Source of the DNA: Nitrosopumilus sp.
GTDB taxonomy: Archaea; Thermoproteota; Nitrososphaeria; Nitrososphaerales; Nitrosopumilaceae
DNA: 64,000 nucleotides
Assembly (NCBI GenBank): GCA_965223425.1
Contig: OZ245003.1
Coordinates: forward strand, 2,368,001-2,432,000
Direction: 5' to 3'
Shown: piece by piece, positions 10,034-20,214 of the stretch
Position numbering within the stretch: the first letter of the stretch is position 1
How the letters are laid out: every line of letters begins with the position of its first letter
Notes under the pieces: generated by a model
The model's database searches: none
Told to the model about the DNA's origin: nothing
What the model saw: only the letters and a program-made list of their open reading frames with translations
Position numbers and translations under genes: made by a program

Positions 10034-10957
10034 TCACTGCAACCATTCACTGAGATCTTTTTTCTTGTTAGTCGCAACCTTGAACGCACTTTCCATTAGT
10101 TCGGTAGTTACTACATCCATGATTTTCTGGGTATCATCAATGATGTTCCTAGCACCTTCGTTATTTGTTGCAAAAATTAGGTCATACAACTTGTTTTCTC
10201 CTGTCTTGAAGACAGGGATTGTATAAACGAATTTTTTGTATTTTCTTACTTGGTTAAGATATATCCCAACTAATTCTTGTTGATTATTTGCATTTTTCCA
10301 TTCCTCATTTCCAAATAATTCGTTGAAATTTTTCTCCGCTTCTGAGTTTGGTTTTGCATGTGGTCTGTTTAATGCAAGGCTATAACTCATCAACGTGATG
10401 AAAATATCTGCTCTGTTAATGCTTAACAAACCACGTATGAGATTCCATGTAATTTCTTTGTATCCTTTAGGATCTACAAAAATCAAAAGCATATTTCCTT
10501 CTCTAACATACTTTTGTATTTCTTTTATAGAATCTTCAAAACTTCTACAAGCAGGACTGTATGTTCTATTACCAAGTGATGGCTTTAGAACTGACATTCT
10601 CTGTATTAATGCATCAATTGATTCTTGATTAACATCAGATAGAAAATAATCTGAAAATGGTTTCTTTTCATTATTCAGTGTTGCAATTAATGGGGAACCT
10701 GCAAACTTTTCATCTTTAAGCATGTCTTCTTCAAATCCAATAAGACCTGAACCACAATGAGTGTCTACATAGTACCAGTTATCAAAATGTTTTTTGTAAA
10801 TAACATGTGTTGCTGATATGTAATAGTCTAATGCAAGTAGTTTCTTTATTGACCAGACTTTACCATATGAAGGAATCAACCCATCGTTTTTGATTAGATT
10901 GATTTTTTCAACAATCTTTGTTATCCTTTGTTTTGACCATTCATATGGATCCTTCAT
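10034..10957 (-). CDS. tcmP: Three-Cys-motif partner protein (TcmP, methyltransferase-like fold)
   Basis: WSIKKL, YYVDTHCGSG, GSPLIA, FVDPKG and YDLIFAT motifs; adjacent to DUF5131. Confidence 0.8.
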   Translation of the reverse strand: MKDPYEWSKQRITKIVEKINLIKNDGLIPSYGKVWSIKKLLALDYYISATHVIYKKHFDNWYYVDTHCGSGLIGFEEDMLKDEKFAGSPLIATLNNEKKPFSDYFLSDVNQESIDALIQRMSVLKPSLGNRTYSPACRSFEDSIKEIQKYVREGNMLLIFVDPKGYKEITWNLIRGLLSINRADIFITLMSYSLALNRPHAKPNSEAEKNFNELFGNEEWKNANNQQELVGIYLNQVRKYKKFVYTIPVFKTGENKLYDLIFATNNEGARNIIDDTQKIMDVVTTELMESAFKVATNKKKDLSEWLQ

Positions 10958-11012
10958 CTTACTCTGGATATGATGTGCAATTTATGATTTATAGATAGTT
11001 GTACGGACATTC

Positions 11013-11912
11013 TTGACTAGAATTTACACTTTGACCAATCCATCAATTTTTTTAATAGATGATTTATCAAAAAGTGGCATGGCAAACAACTCTGCTATCG
11101 AATGGACAGAGTCAACCTGGAACCCAACCACTGGATGCGATAAAATCTCCACTGGGTGCAAGAACTGCTATGCAGAAAAAATGTCATTTAGATTAAAATC
11201 AATGGGGGTTGTGAAATACAAAAAAGGATTCAAGTTCGTTGAACATCCAGATGATCTGAAACTGCCTCTGACGTGGAAAAAACCACGAAAGGTTTTTGTT
11301 AACAGTATGTCGGACTTGTTTCATGAAAAGGCATCTTTTGAGTTCATTGGAAAATGTTTTGATGTCATGATTAAAGCTGATAAACACACTTACCAAATTC
11401 TTACAAAACGTTCTCACAACATGATGGAATTTTCATATGTATTTTGTGATTATTTTGGCTATAAAGTTCCATCCCACATATGGATGGGAGTCAGTGTTGA
11501 GAACAAAGACAGTGTCTGGAGAATTGACGAATTGGGAAAAGTCAAAGCTGAAACCAAGTTCGTTAGTTTTGAGCCATTGATCGGTCAGATTGGAAAACTT
11601 GATTTGAAGGAAATTGATTGGGCAATCATTGGGGGGGAAAGTGGGTTTAACCACCGCAGAGTGGAAAAAGACTGGATTATGGAAATCATAAGACAGTGCA
11701 ACAAACAAAAGGTTGCAGTATTTTTCAAACAGTGGGGAGGTATCAGACCAAAATCAGGCGGCAGGGAAATTAATGGCAGAGTTTATGATAAATATCCAAA
11801 AATCAAATACAGCAATCCGTTAAAGAAGATAGAGTTTGACGAGATTGCGTTTGCCAAACATTGCCTATTACGCAAAGTGCAAAAAAGAGAACAGGTCAAT
11901 GTTGTACAGTAG
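11013..11912 (+). CDS. DUF5131 / phage Gp37-Gp68 family three-Cys protein (start likely 11079)
   Basis: IEWTESTWNPTTGCDKISTGCKNCYAE, FVNSMSDLFHE, GGESG and FFKQWGG motifs. Confidence 0.9.
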   Translation: MTRIYTLTNPSIFLIDDLSKSGMANNSAIEWTESTWNPTTGCDKISTGCKNCYAEKMSFRLKSMGVVKYKKGFKFVEHPDDLKLPLTWKKPRKVFVNSMSDLFHEKASFEFIGKCFDVMIKADKHTYQILTKRSHNMMEFSYVFCDYFGYKVPSHIWMGVSVENKDSVWRIDELGKVKAETKFVSFEPLIGQIGKLDLKEIDWAIIGGESGFNHRRVEKDWIMEIIRQCNKQKVAVFFKQWGGIRPKSGGREINGRVYDKYPKIKYSNPLKKIEFDEIAFAKHCLLRKVQKREQVNVVQ

Positions 11913-11946
11913 AGTTGTTGTCAGGCAATCACTACATGCGGTTCTG

Positions 11947-12367
11947 CTAATTTTTCATGAGATCACCAAAATTTAGCAGCAGAGTCCAAGATGGCATTTC
12001 TTGACTTGGATCATCTATCAGTCTTTTTACTGTGTGTCTGTGGCATTTTTCCCCATTTCTCTCATAGCACAGCAGCGTGACGTCTGTTCTGCTGTGTATG
12101 GCCCTGAGCTTTCTCAGCGCGTCGATAACTTTGGGATCCCTACGGAACTCGGCTAATAGTTCCTCCTCAAATGCAGACCAGTCAATCTTGCTGTTTTTCC
12201 ACCTGTCCAGCAATGCAACGCTTGGGGCCAGCTCTTTTTTCCACTCGTCTGCACGCAGTCTTTTTTTTTGGTATGAATCGAGGATAGTATCTCGTTATCA
12301 AAACTCTGTACCCGTCCTTTTTCTCCGCTTTGTCATGTACAGATTTGGTCCGTATCATTATTGACAT
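11947..12367 (-). pseudogene. DUF488 (YeaO-like) protein split by a homopolymer frameshift
   Basis: DGYRVLITRYYPR in one frame; DEWKKELAPS...VTLLCYE...CHR in another; A9 tract at 12261-12269. Confidence 0.8.
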
Positions 12368-12600
12368 AAAAAAACAAGACCTGATAAAAAGATGGTCAAG
12401 TGCCAGTCATTAGTCAGTTAGACTATGGTTCAATTTGGGTGAATCATATCACCAAAATAAAACAGCAGTGTTGTCTGGGGTCTGATGCTGCTTGCTTTTG
12501 GACAGTTAGCTGTATGGATCACAGGTGGATTGGGCCTGTCTTCTAATCTCTCAAAGCCGTTGCAAGCATTTCTGAAAGGGGGGATGATGCTTGATGAATA

Positions 12601-13080
12601 TCAATACTCTATCTCTACAACATAAGATAGTTTATCTGAAAATATTTTTTTTGCACTGATACCTTCAACTTGAGAATCATCTTGAATAATCAACGGGATT
12701 GTCGGATCAATATCAGGTTCCTGATCAAATAGTTTACTTGGGTTGAAATTATTTCTGCCTGGTTCTTCACGAGCATGTGAAATATGGTCACATACGCCTG
12801 CAATCAAACTGTCTAAATCCCCGATGTACCTTTTTTCATCATCATCTCCTGTTTGTTTATAATTTCTATCATCAATATTTGGCGCATACACAGTTAGATC
12901 CAGTTTTACAGGAGATGTTATACATTTGTCACGGCCCGCCTTTCCTCTGGCTTTTAATGCCGCCTTTCGTAATTTTATAATCAGACTGGCATTGTCTCCG
13001 CCCCATTTAGATTTTTGGGGAGGCTTGCCATCAACTGTGAAGACAATTTTTGAATTACCAAACAAAGATCTAAATTTCAT
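12601..13080 (-). CDS. RusA-like resolvase fold protein
   Basis: FTVDGKPP, GDLDSLIAGVCD and IIQDDSQV motifs. Confidence 0.6.
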   Translation of the reverse strand: MKFRSLFGNSKIVFTVDGKPPQKSKWGGDNASLIIKLRKAALKARGKAGRDKCITSPVKLDLTVYAPNIDDRNYKQTGDDDEKRYIGDLDSLIAGVCDHISHAREEPGRNNFNPSKLFDQEPDIDPTIPLIIQDDSQVEGISAKKIFSDKLSYVVEIEY

Positions 13081-13227
13081 ATTTTTTATTCAGCTCCACT
13101 ATATACATTGGTTTTGTTTGTTACTTGTAATTCTTTAGTGCTCTCTTCATGTCACGATTCACTGCAAGCGTATCCTTTTTTTGTCCGAGTCTTTTGTTTT
13201 TGTCAAATCCGATTAAGTTTTTAAAAG

Positions 13228-13392
13228 TCATACAGGAATTCTTCTGAATTGAGGTTTTGACTTTGCCAAATATTTGGCCTTGGCATAAACTTCTGCTAGA
13301 TCTATTCCCTCAGCAATGATTTTTTCATCCTCAAGTGCAATCCATTTACTAGGAAATCTAGATTTGGTTGTAGGTTGTGCAGATTTGCCCAT
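13228..13392 (-). CDS. Small DUF5678-like protein (54 aa, not in ORF track)
   Basis: Manual translation MGKSAQPTTKSRFPSKWIALEDEKIIAEGIDLAEVYAKAKYLAKSKPQFRRIPV. Confidence 0.55.
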   Translation of the reverse strand: MGKSAQPTTKSRFPSKWIALEDEKIIAEGIDLAEVYAKAKYLAKSKPQFRRIPV

Positions 13393-13431
13393 AGTGGTAT
13401 AGCTTCCCAGATAGTATAATTAGTTTTTCCG

Positions 13432-13764
13432 TTATTACACTTTGTTGAGAATGAGCTTTGAGAGCTATAGACGCTATACAAGATTTTCGAGACGGCAGAC
13501 TCGCAGATCTACCGCTTTATGGCACCCGTACAGCCTGCGCCGCAAAACCAAAGGAGCCTTTTATTCGATGGTTCATGCCCAAAGTGCAAGCACAATCTTA
13601 AAGTTCAGGTCAACCTAGAAAAGAATATGCCACTAGAAAACGGTGCTGTAGCGTATCCAGTCTCGACTGATTCGGCTGACTGTCCCAAATGTGGCGAAAA
13701 AATAAATCTGTTGCCGTTACGTCAACAAATAGAATCGCAGTCTGGAAAAAAGGTGGTCGAATAA
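13432..13764 (+). pseudogene. Zn-ribbon C-terminal fragment of a larger gene (possibly a ClpP-class protease)
   Basis: Frame is open upstream of the ATG (LLRMSFE..YKIFETADSQIYRF); CPKC twice; parent family recalled, not verified. Confidence 0.4.
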
Positions 13765-13765
13765 A

Positions 13766-13948
13766 ATGGCAGAAGACAGATTTAAAATAATTTTTGAACA
13801 TATGGACAACGAGATCAGAGAACAGGCCGAATTACAGACAGATGCAATAAAAGACACGTTAGAACAAAGCGATGAGATAAAGAAATTGATCGAGATCATC
13901 AACGACGCAACACCGACCTACGAGCCTCTTCTTTATTCAAGCTCCTAG
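13766..13948 (+). CDS. Small acidic hypothetical protein
   Basis: 60 aa ORF coupled to the upstream fragment. Confidence 0.5.
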   Translation: MAEDRFKIIFEHMDNEIREQAELQTDAIKDTLEQSDEIKKLIEIINDATPTYEPLLYSSS

Positions 13949-14327
13949 ATTCCAATTCCTTGGTTTGAAATTTAGACCGAACCCAACTCAAAGCGTAGTG
14001 ATGTTTCGATTCACGATGGCCGAACTTCAAATCATTTCTTGGACTTTCTACAGGTTCTGCACCATGACTGAGGCCTTGTTATTCCGTCTATGTTTCGAAA
14101 ACCGAACTCCTTTTCTATCTCTTGTTTAGTTTCAGTTGTTTTGTTGAACTTGGGGCATTTTGCAACTCTTGTGCAAAGATCTCTGTCTTGGCGTCTTGTG
14201 CTGAGTCAGTGATAAGCGTGCATAGATTTGATCAGATCACTTTATTCTTTGTAATACTTTACAATGGATCCACTATGATATACGGGAGCTGCACAAGAGA
14301 TTCATATGGCTACACGTACAGAGAGGT

Positions 14328-14567
14328 ATGAATGAAACGACATCATTGTTACCCCCAAGTGAATCTCAGTATCTTGCCCAATACGTATGTGATGAACTAG
14401 ACAAAGTAGTCGGAGACAACAGAAAAGAGGTCATCAAACAAACTGCAATAGATATTGTTACAGACCTAATAAAAGAAGACAAAAAATTAGCAAGTGATGT
14501 ACGTGCCGAATTACTAATGTCCTATCCTAAAATTGTAACAGACAATGATCTACCTCAAGTTCAATAA
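14328..14567 (+). CDS. Small hypothetical protein
   Basis: 79 aa ORF with GAGGT directly before the ATG. Confidence 0.45.
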   Translation: MNETTSLLPPSESQYLAQYVCDELDKVVGDNRKEVIKQTAIDIVTDLIKEDKKLASDVRAELLMSYPKIVTDNDLPQVQ

Positions 14568-14627
14568 TTGTTAATTACGCCTCGATGTTTGAGAGTTGCC
14601 GCATCTTATTCCCAGGCAAAATCTAGG

Positions 14628-15605
14628 TTACGGCTCCAAGCCCAATACCCTCGGAAGTAGGTTGATTGAATCCAACACCAGTACGGCCTCATTGCGCCGA
14701 AACAGTTCGAGTTTTTCCTGTGGGTTTTTGCTTGTGCCAATAATTCCGCAGAAAACTGTTTTGCTTCCCATGCCAGTGGCCTTGGCGGCCATGATGAAAT
14801 CTTCCATGGAATCCCCGACATAAAGCGTAAAGTTCCCGTTCATTCCCTTAATGGAATCAACAAGCGGTTCAGGGTTGGGCTTGGCAAGCTCCCTTGGCTC
14901 ATCTTCCAAAAATTTGGAATTTTTCAGATCAAATTTTTCCGTCAGCTCTTTTAAAGAGTAGCTTGCAGCTTCCTTTCCCCTTCCAGTCACCATTGCAATT
15001 TTTGAGCCAAACTTTTTTTGCAGTCTTTCAGCTAGCGAATTATCCAGAATCACCTCATCTTGCTCAATCAAGCCCGGTTCGGAGAACCTGGAGGGACTCC
15101 CAAACAGTTTTTGGTACAACTCAGGCCCGTAGAAAAGCTGATCAAACACCTGATACAGGGGGGTGTCATGATGTAAGCCTGGATAGGACAGCTTGCTTTT
15201 GATTTCAGAGATGTCAGCTTGATCTTCGACGTATTTTTCCACAGAAGGAATGCCGCTTGAATCGGCGTTTTTTATCACGTCAAAAATAAAACCGGTCTGA
15301 TCTTTTTCCAGTTTTTTTGCGGCAGCCAGCGAGATTATTGCAGCATATGCAAGATCAACCTCGTCATTGAATCCCCCGGTAGATTTGAATCCATCAATAA
15401 TCCTGTAGTCAACGTTGATGGCACCGTAAATATCTGCGTAATTCTCCAAAACGTATCGCGCTGTTTGAATGATTGCAGAGTCGTATGATTTTGTAACGTC
15501 AATTAAGACGCCGTCGCAATCAAAGATTACAGAATCGATGTCGCTTAATGCGCCAATTCCAGAATCATCAATGTAGATTCCCTCGGATTTTTTCCTCAGA
15601 GTCAT
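14628..15605 (-). CDS. HAD-superfamily hydrolase, candidate histidinol-phosphatase
   Basis: FDCDGVL, VTGR, KPNP and VGDSMED motifs; coupled to hisC. Confidence 0.85.
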   Translation of the reverse strand: MTLRKKSEGIYIDDSGIGALSDIDSVIFDCDGVLIDVTKSYDSAIIQTARYVLENYADIYGAINVDYRIIDGFKSTGGFNDEVDLAYAAIISLAAAKKLEKDQTGFIFDVIKNADSSGIPSVEKYVEDQADISEIKSKLSYPGLHHDTPLYQVFDQLFYGPELYQKLFGSPSRFSEPGLIEQDEVILDNSLAERLQKKFGSKIAMVTGRGKEAASYSLKELTEKFDLKNSKFLEDEPRELAKPNPEPLVDSIKGMNGNFTLYVGDSMEDFIMAAKATGMGSKTVFCGIIGTSKNPQEKLELFRRNEAVLVLDSINLLPRVLGLEP

Positions 15606-16672
15606 TCCAGCAAGTCACGAACAGCCAGCAGGAATTTTGAATTCATTTCTTTTGTTCCAACTGTCACTCTAAGACATCCCTCGTGTTCTCCTATTTTACC
15701 TAATTTGCGAATTGAAATGCCCTGTTCGGCTAGTGCGGCGTAGACCCGCTTGTAGGCCCCGTGGGCATCAAACAATACAAAGTTGGCCTTGGACTCGAAG
15801 ACCTCAAAGGCGCCGTATTTCCGCAGATTCTCAATGATTCTCTTTCTTTCAGTTTTGATGGTGCTTACCGTGTCTTTCACAAGGTTTGATCTTTCTAGAG
15901 CCAGAATTCCAGACTGGATTGTTATCGTACTGAGGGGATACGGGTACTGCAGGACGTTCATAAACGCATCAGTGAACCTCTTGCCTGCCACAAAATATCC
16001 CAACCTAAGACCGGCCAAACCAAATGATTTGGAAAGGGTTTGCACGACAACCAGGTTCTTCTGGGTTTTTACCATGCCCGAAAGGGAGTAATCACCAAAC
16101 GCCCCATAGGCCTCATCAACTATTGCAAGCCCATCAAAGGACCTGATCAGTTTCTGCAGTTCGTTTTTTGAAAACTGAAATCCCGTAGGATTGTTTGGGG
16201 AGTCAAGATAGAGAATGTCTGCATTTTTGGACTGTCTTATGAAATCCTCGACGTCCAGTTTCATGTCATCTGCAAACGGAACTGCAATCAGAGGAATCGA
16301 GTACAGCTTGCATCGCTCTTCAAAAAACCCGAAAGTGGGATCAGAGGTGAGAACCTTGGTCTGCTTTGATGCAAAGTTAGAAAGTATCAAATCCAAAATT
16401 TGGTCAGAGCCATTGCCAACCCCAATCATGGAGGAGGGCACTTTGGCAAATTTGGATATGCCCTGAATCAGTTGTTCTGTCCCGCCAAGAGGGTATTCCC
16501 TTACGTCGGATTTTTTTCTTGCCTGGGACATGATGTCGTTTTGAAACTGTTTTGATACCACATAGTTCTCATTAGAGTCAAGCTTTAGCGCATTCTGACT
16601 GAGTTCAGGTTTTTGATATCCTCCGATGGAAGAAAAGTTCCTTATTTTCTCCTCAAGCCAGTTTTTTTTCAT
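15602..16672 (-). CDS. hisC: Histidinol-phosphate aminotransferase
   Basis: LDSNEN, GNGSD, PNNPTG, DEAY and TLSKSFGLAGLRLG motifs. Confidence 0.96.
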   Translation of the reverse strand: MKKNWLEEKIRNFSSIGGYQKPELSQNALKLDSNENYVVSKQFQNDIMSQARKKSDVREYPLGGTEQLIQGISKFAKVPSSMIGVGNGSDQILDLILSNFASKQTKVLTSDPTFGFFEERCKLYSIPLIAVPFADDMKLDVEDFIRQSKNADILYLDSPNNPTGFQFSKNELQKLIRSFDGLAIVDEAYGAFGDYSLSGMVKTQKNLVVVQTLSKSFGLAGLRLGYFVAGKRFTDAFMNVLQYPYPLSTITIQSGILALERSNLVKDTVSTIKTERKRIIENLRKYGAFEVFESKANFVLFDAHGAYKRVYAALAEQGISIRKLGKIGEHEGCLRVTVGTKEMNSKFLLAVRDLLE

Positions 16673-17943
16673 TTTAACCTGCCTTTGACTGCCTCATAGT
16701 GGTTTGGCAGCCCTTCGGATTTTGTTAAAACTTCAAGATGCTTTGAAATTTTGGATAGCGAGGATTTGGACGAGGTGACCTGGGTGTTTATCTTGAGAAA
16801 GTCCAGAACTGAGAGCGGGCCGCGGGTTTTTCCAAATCCGTTGGTAGGCAAGATGTGATCTGAGCCCAAGATGTAGTCGCTGGCAGACGAGGGGGAGTAT
16901 CCCCCAAGCAGGACCAGCCCTGGCGTGGTAATTTTTGAGGAAAAAGCCCTTGGATTTTTTGTCATTATCTGCAGGTGTTCGGGAGCCAGGATATTTGCAA
17001 GCTTGATCATGTCATAACTGGTTTTACAGATTGCAATAAAACCATTATTTCCAAGACTTGGTTTTGCAATGGCCTGTCTTTGAATTTTTGGCAGCAGTTC
17101 AGAAACAATGTTTTTTACGGATTGGGCAAGCCTCTCAGAGGTGGTGATCAGGTAACAAAAGGTGTCACTGCTGTGCTCTGCCTGGGAAATGAGGTCCAGT
17201 GCAGCAAAGTTTGGATTGGCCGAGCTGTCTGCAACAATTCCTAGCTCAGTGGGGCCTGCAAGCATGTCGATTCCTGTCTGGTCACTTAGCAGATATTTTG
17301 CATTGGAAACAAACGGGCCCCCGGGGCCAACAATCTTGTCAACCTTAGGAATGGTTCTGGTGCCATACGACAGTCCGGCAATTGCCTGGGCGCCGCCTGT
17401 TTTGTAAATTTCATCAACGCCGCAGATGCTTGCAGCAACGACTGTCAGCGGATCAATTCTTCCGTTTGAGTCCGGAGGGGACACCACCACAACTCTTTTG
17501 ACGCCGGCAATCTTGGCTGGAACAGCAGACATTATTACGGAGCTTGGATACCTTGCCAGTCCGCCCGGGACATAACACCCAACGCTTTTGATTGGAACAA
17601 ATTTTTTAGAAATTTTAATTCCGTCATTGCTGACTGTTATATTTTTCAAAAGAGACTTTATTGCGGTTTCTGTTTTTGCTAGCCTGGCTTTGGCTAGACG
17701 CAGCGCATCAAGCTCGGTTTTGGAGACTTTGGAATACGCATTTTTTATTTCTGTCTGGGACAAACGTAATGAGGAAATATCAGCGCCGCCAAATTTTCTT
17801 TCATATTTTCGTATTGCCTTGTCGCCGTTTTTTTTGACGTCTTTTAGAATTGATTCTACTATGGTTCTGTTTTTTTGAGGCTGTTTTGGGACTATCTTGG
17901 CTGCAAATTTTTCAACGTTGGTTACTTTGATTATTCTCATCAA
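16669..17943 (-). CDS. hisD: Histidinol dehydrogenase
   Basis: GCYVPGG, GGAQAIA, AGPTE, SQAEH and APEHL motifs. Confidence 0.97.
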   Translation of the reverse strand: MMRIIKVTNVEKFAAKIVPKQPQKNRTIVESILKDVKKNGDKAIRKYERKFGGADISSLRLSQTEIKNAYSKVSKTELDALRLAKARLAKTETAIKSLLKNITVSNDGIKISKKFVPIKSVGCYVPGGLARYPSSVIMSAVPAKIAGVKRVVVVSPPDSNGRIDPLTVVAASICGVDEIYKTGGAQAIAGLSYGTRTIPKVDKIVGPGGPFVSNAKYLLSDQTGIDMLAGPTELGIVADSSANPNFAALDLISQAEHSSDTFCYLITTSERLAQSVKNIVSELLPKIQRQAIAKPSLGNNGFIAICKTSYDMIKLANILAPEHLQIMTKNPRAFSSKITTPGLVLLGGYSPSSASDYILGSDHILPTNGFGKTRGPLSVLDFLKINTQVTSSKSSLSKISKHLEVLTKSEGLPNHYEAVKGRLK

Positions 17944-18923
17944 TTCTCTTCGTCACGCTTTATCTCCTCGAGCTCTAGAATTTGTCGCGGTTCATGAACT
18001 ACGAGGCCTTGGGCAATCTTCCTCAGTTTGGGAATGAGTTTGTGGAACTCGTCCTTTCTGATTACTGTGTTTACCCCAAACCACCCCTGCTCGCTTAGCG
18101 GGCTTATGGTGGGCTTTTTGAGGGAGGGCATCTGCGTTAGAAGCTCTTTCAGGTTCTTTTCTTCAACGTTTAGATATACGTGCAGGTATTTTCTGCCGTT
18201 CACGGCTCCTCTCATCAGGGTTACAATGTCAAATATTTTTTCGCGTTTTTTTGGATCCTTTAGTGACTTTTTGTTTGCAATCAGGTGCGCAGTGGAAGTA
18301 AGCACCTCATCGACAATTTTTAGCTTGTTTTGCTTGAGGGTTGTTCCAGTTTCAGTGACGTCCATTATTGCATCCACATCTTCGGGAGGCTTTGCCTCAG
18401 TGGCGCCAAATGACAGGTGAATTTGGACGCCTTTGTTGGTTCCCAACCTAACCCAGGGGGTTACAATTAGAGGATCCGCAGAGCCGTAATATTTTTTGTA
18501 GGATTTTGACTGTTTTAGAAATTTAGATGCCGTAATAAGATATTCTGAGGATATGCGAAGCGTTTTTTTCTTTTTGCCATAATCTGCAATCATTTCATCG
18601 AGGTTCCTGTAGCGATACTTGTCTGGAAAGGCTATTACCAGCCTGATTTTGCCGTACTCCAAATCTAAAATCGGATCCACATCAGAGTTTGTTTCGCCAA
18701 CCCAGTCCTTGCCGGTAATGCCCACGTCGTACAATCCTTCTGCAACCAGGGTCGGAATCTCTTGGGGACGAAGCATCTTGACTATAATTTTTGGATCATC
18801 AAGATAAACGCGGTAGGTTCTGCTTTTTCGGTTAACTTTGGTCCAGGATCTTTCCAACAGCTTGAAAGTGGCCTCCTCCAGACTTCCCTTGGGGATGGCA
18901 AATTTTACTTCAGGCATTTCCAA
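17940..18923 (-). CDS. hisG: ATP phosphoribosyltransferase (long form)
   Basis: AIPKGSL, RPQEIP, GATE and DVTETGTTLKQN motifs. Confidence 0.96.
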   Translation of the reverse strand: MEMPEVKFAIPKGSLEEATFKLLERSWTKVNRKSRTYRVYLDDPKIIVKMLRPQEIPTLVAEGLYDVGITGKDWVGETNSDVDPILDLEYGKIRLVIAFPDKYRYRNLDEMIADYGKKKKTLRISSEYLITASKFLKQSKSYKKYYGSADPLIVTPWVRLGTNKGVQIHLSFGATEAKPPEDVDAIMDVTETGTTLKQNKLKIVDEVLTSTAHLIANKKSLKDPKKREKIFDIVTLMRGAVNGRKYLHVYLNVEEKNLKELLTQMPSLKKPTISPLSEQGWFGVNTVIRKDEFHKLIPKLRKIAQGLVVHEPRQILELEEIKRDEEN

Positions 18924-18956
18924 TTGTTTTCATCTTTTAGGTATATAATCGCATGT

Positions 18957-20213
18957 TTAAATTTGCCCAAGTATCTCCTGAGCTCTGGCCAGTGAAATTT
19001 TCTTTTCCTCAACCATTTTTTGAGCAATTTCATCTATCTGTCCGGGTTTAGCTCCTGCAGCAGCGGCAAGATTTCTTGCATGCAGACGCATGTGTCCTTT
19101 TTGAATCCCCTCAGTTGCAAGTGCTTTGATGGCACTGTAATTCTGGGCCAGGCCGGTTGCAGCCATTACGCATGCAAGTTCTGGTGCAGACGAAACTCCA
19201 AGAATCCTTGCACAGACCTTTGCTACAGGATGGACGTTTGCAATGCCGCCGACCGTACCGACTGGCAGGGGAACCTCCAAAGTTCCAACCAGATTGCCGT
19301 CACTGTCCTTACTCCATTTACTAAGGGAGCGGTATCTGCCAGATTTTGCAGCATACGCGTTTGCCGCAGCTTCAATGGCCCTGCTGTCCTGGCCAACTGC
19401 GTTTGCGACAGATATGATCCCATTCATGATTCCTTTGTTGTGGGTTACTGCTCGATGAACATCATTGTCAGCAAATTCAAATGCCAGGACGATGTCATCG
19501 ACTGTTTGTCTGCCTCCAACTGCGTCTTTTTCAAACACTGCCTTTGCTTTGGCAATCCTCCTAGTAGAATAGTTTGACAGTATGCGAAGCAGGGTTCTAC
19601 CACCTGAAATCTTTTCAATCAGCGGGGAGACGGCCTCGCACATTGTATTTGTAACATTTGCGCCCATGGCATCCCCGACATCAATTAGGATCTCCGCGAT
19701 GAGCATTTTTCCAGACGGCGCATCGATTTCTTTGCAGGAAATCTCTTTGGCGCCTTTGCCCATTTTGGACAGGGTGTTACTTTTGGAATTTGCCAGCTGC
19801 AGAATTTCACTTGAAGCATCGTTGATTCTCTGAGTTGCAGAAGGAATGTCAACATCTAAGACTTGAATTTGGCCAATGCTGTAGGATTCGTCTGCTGTAA
19901 CTTCAAATCCGCCCTTGATTCGTGCGGCTTTGGCCCCCTTGGATGCTGCTGCAATTACGGATGGCTCCTCAATGACCATTGGAACAATGCAGTCTTTTCC
20001 GTTAATCTTGAAATTCGTTGCAAGGCCCAGTGGCAATGAGAATGTGCCAATGGCATTTTCCACCATTTTATCTGCCTTGTCAAAAGAAATTCCGCCGTTA
20101 TCACTCTGCAGAATATCTAATTCCTCATCAGAGAGATTTGCAAAGTTTGCGACAATGTCCAGTCTTTCCTTTCTTGATTTTTCAAAAAATTTTGAAATTG
20201 ACGAATCAGGCAT
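18957..20213 (-). CDS. hmgA: Class II HMG-CoA reductase
   Basis: ENAIG, EEPSVIAA, DAMGAN, THNKGIMNG and GHMRLH motifs. Confidence 0.95.
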   Translation of the reverse strand: MPDSSISKFFEKSRKERLDIVANFANLSDEELDILQSDNGGISFDKADKMVENAIGTFSLPLGLATNFKINGKDCIVPMVIEEPSVIAAASKGAKAARIKGGFEVTADESYSIGQIQVLDVDIPSATQRINDASSEILQLANSKSNTLSKMGKGAKEISCKEIDAPSGKMLIAEILIDVGDAMGANVTNTMCEAVSPLIEKISGGRTLLRILSNYSTRRIAKAKAVFEKDAVGGRQTVDDIVLAFEFADNDVHRAVTHNKGIMNGIISVANAVGQDSRAIEAAANAYAAKSGRYRSLSKWSKDSDGNLVGTLEVPLPVGTVGGIANVHPVAKVCARILGVSSAPELACVMAATGLAQNYSAIKALATEGIQKGHMRLHARNLAAAAGAKPGQIDEIAQKMVEEKKISLARAQEILGQI

Positions 20214-20214
20214 T

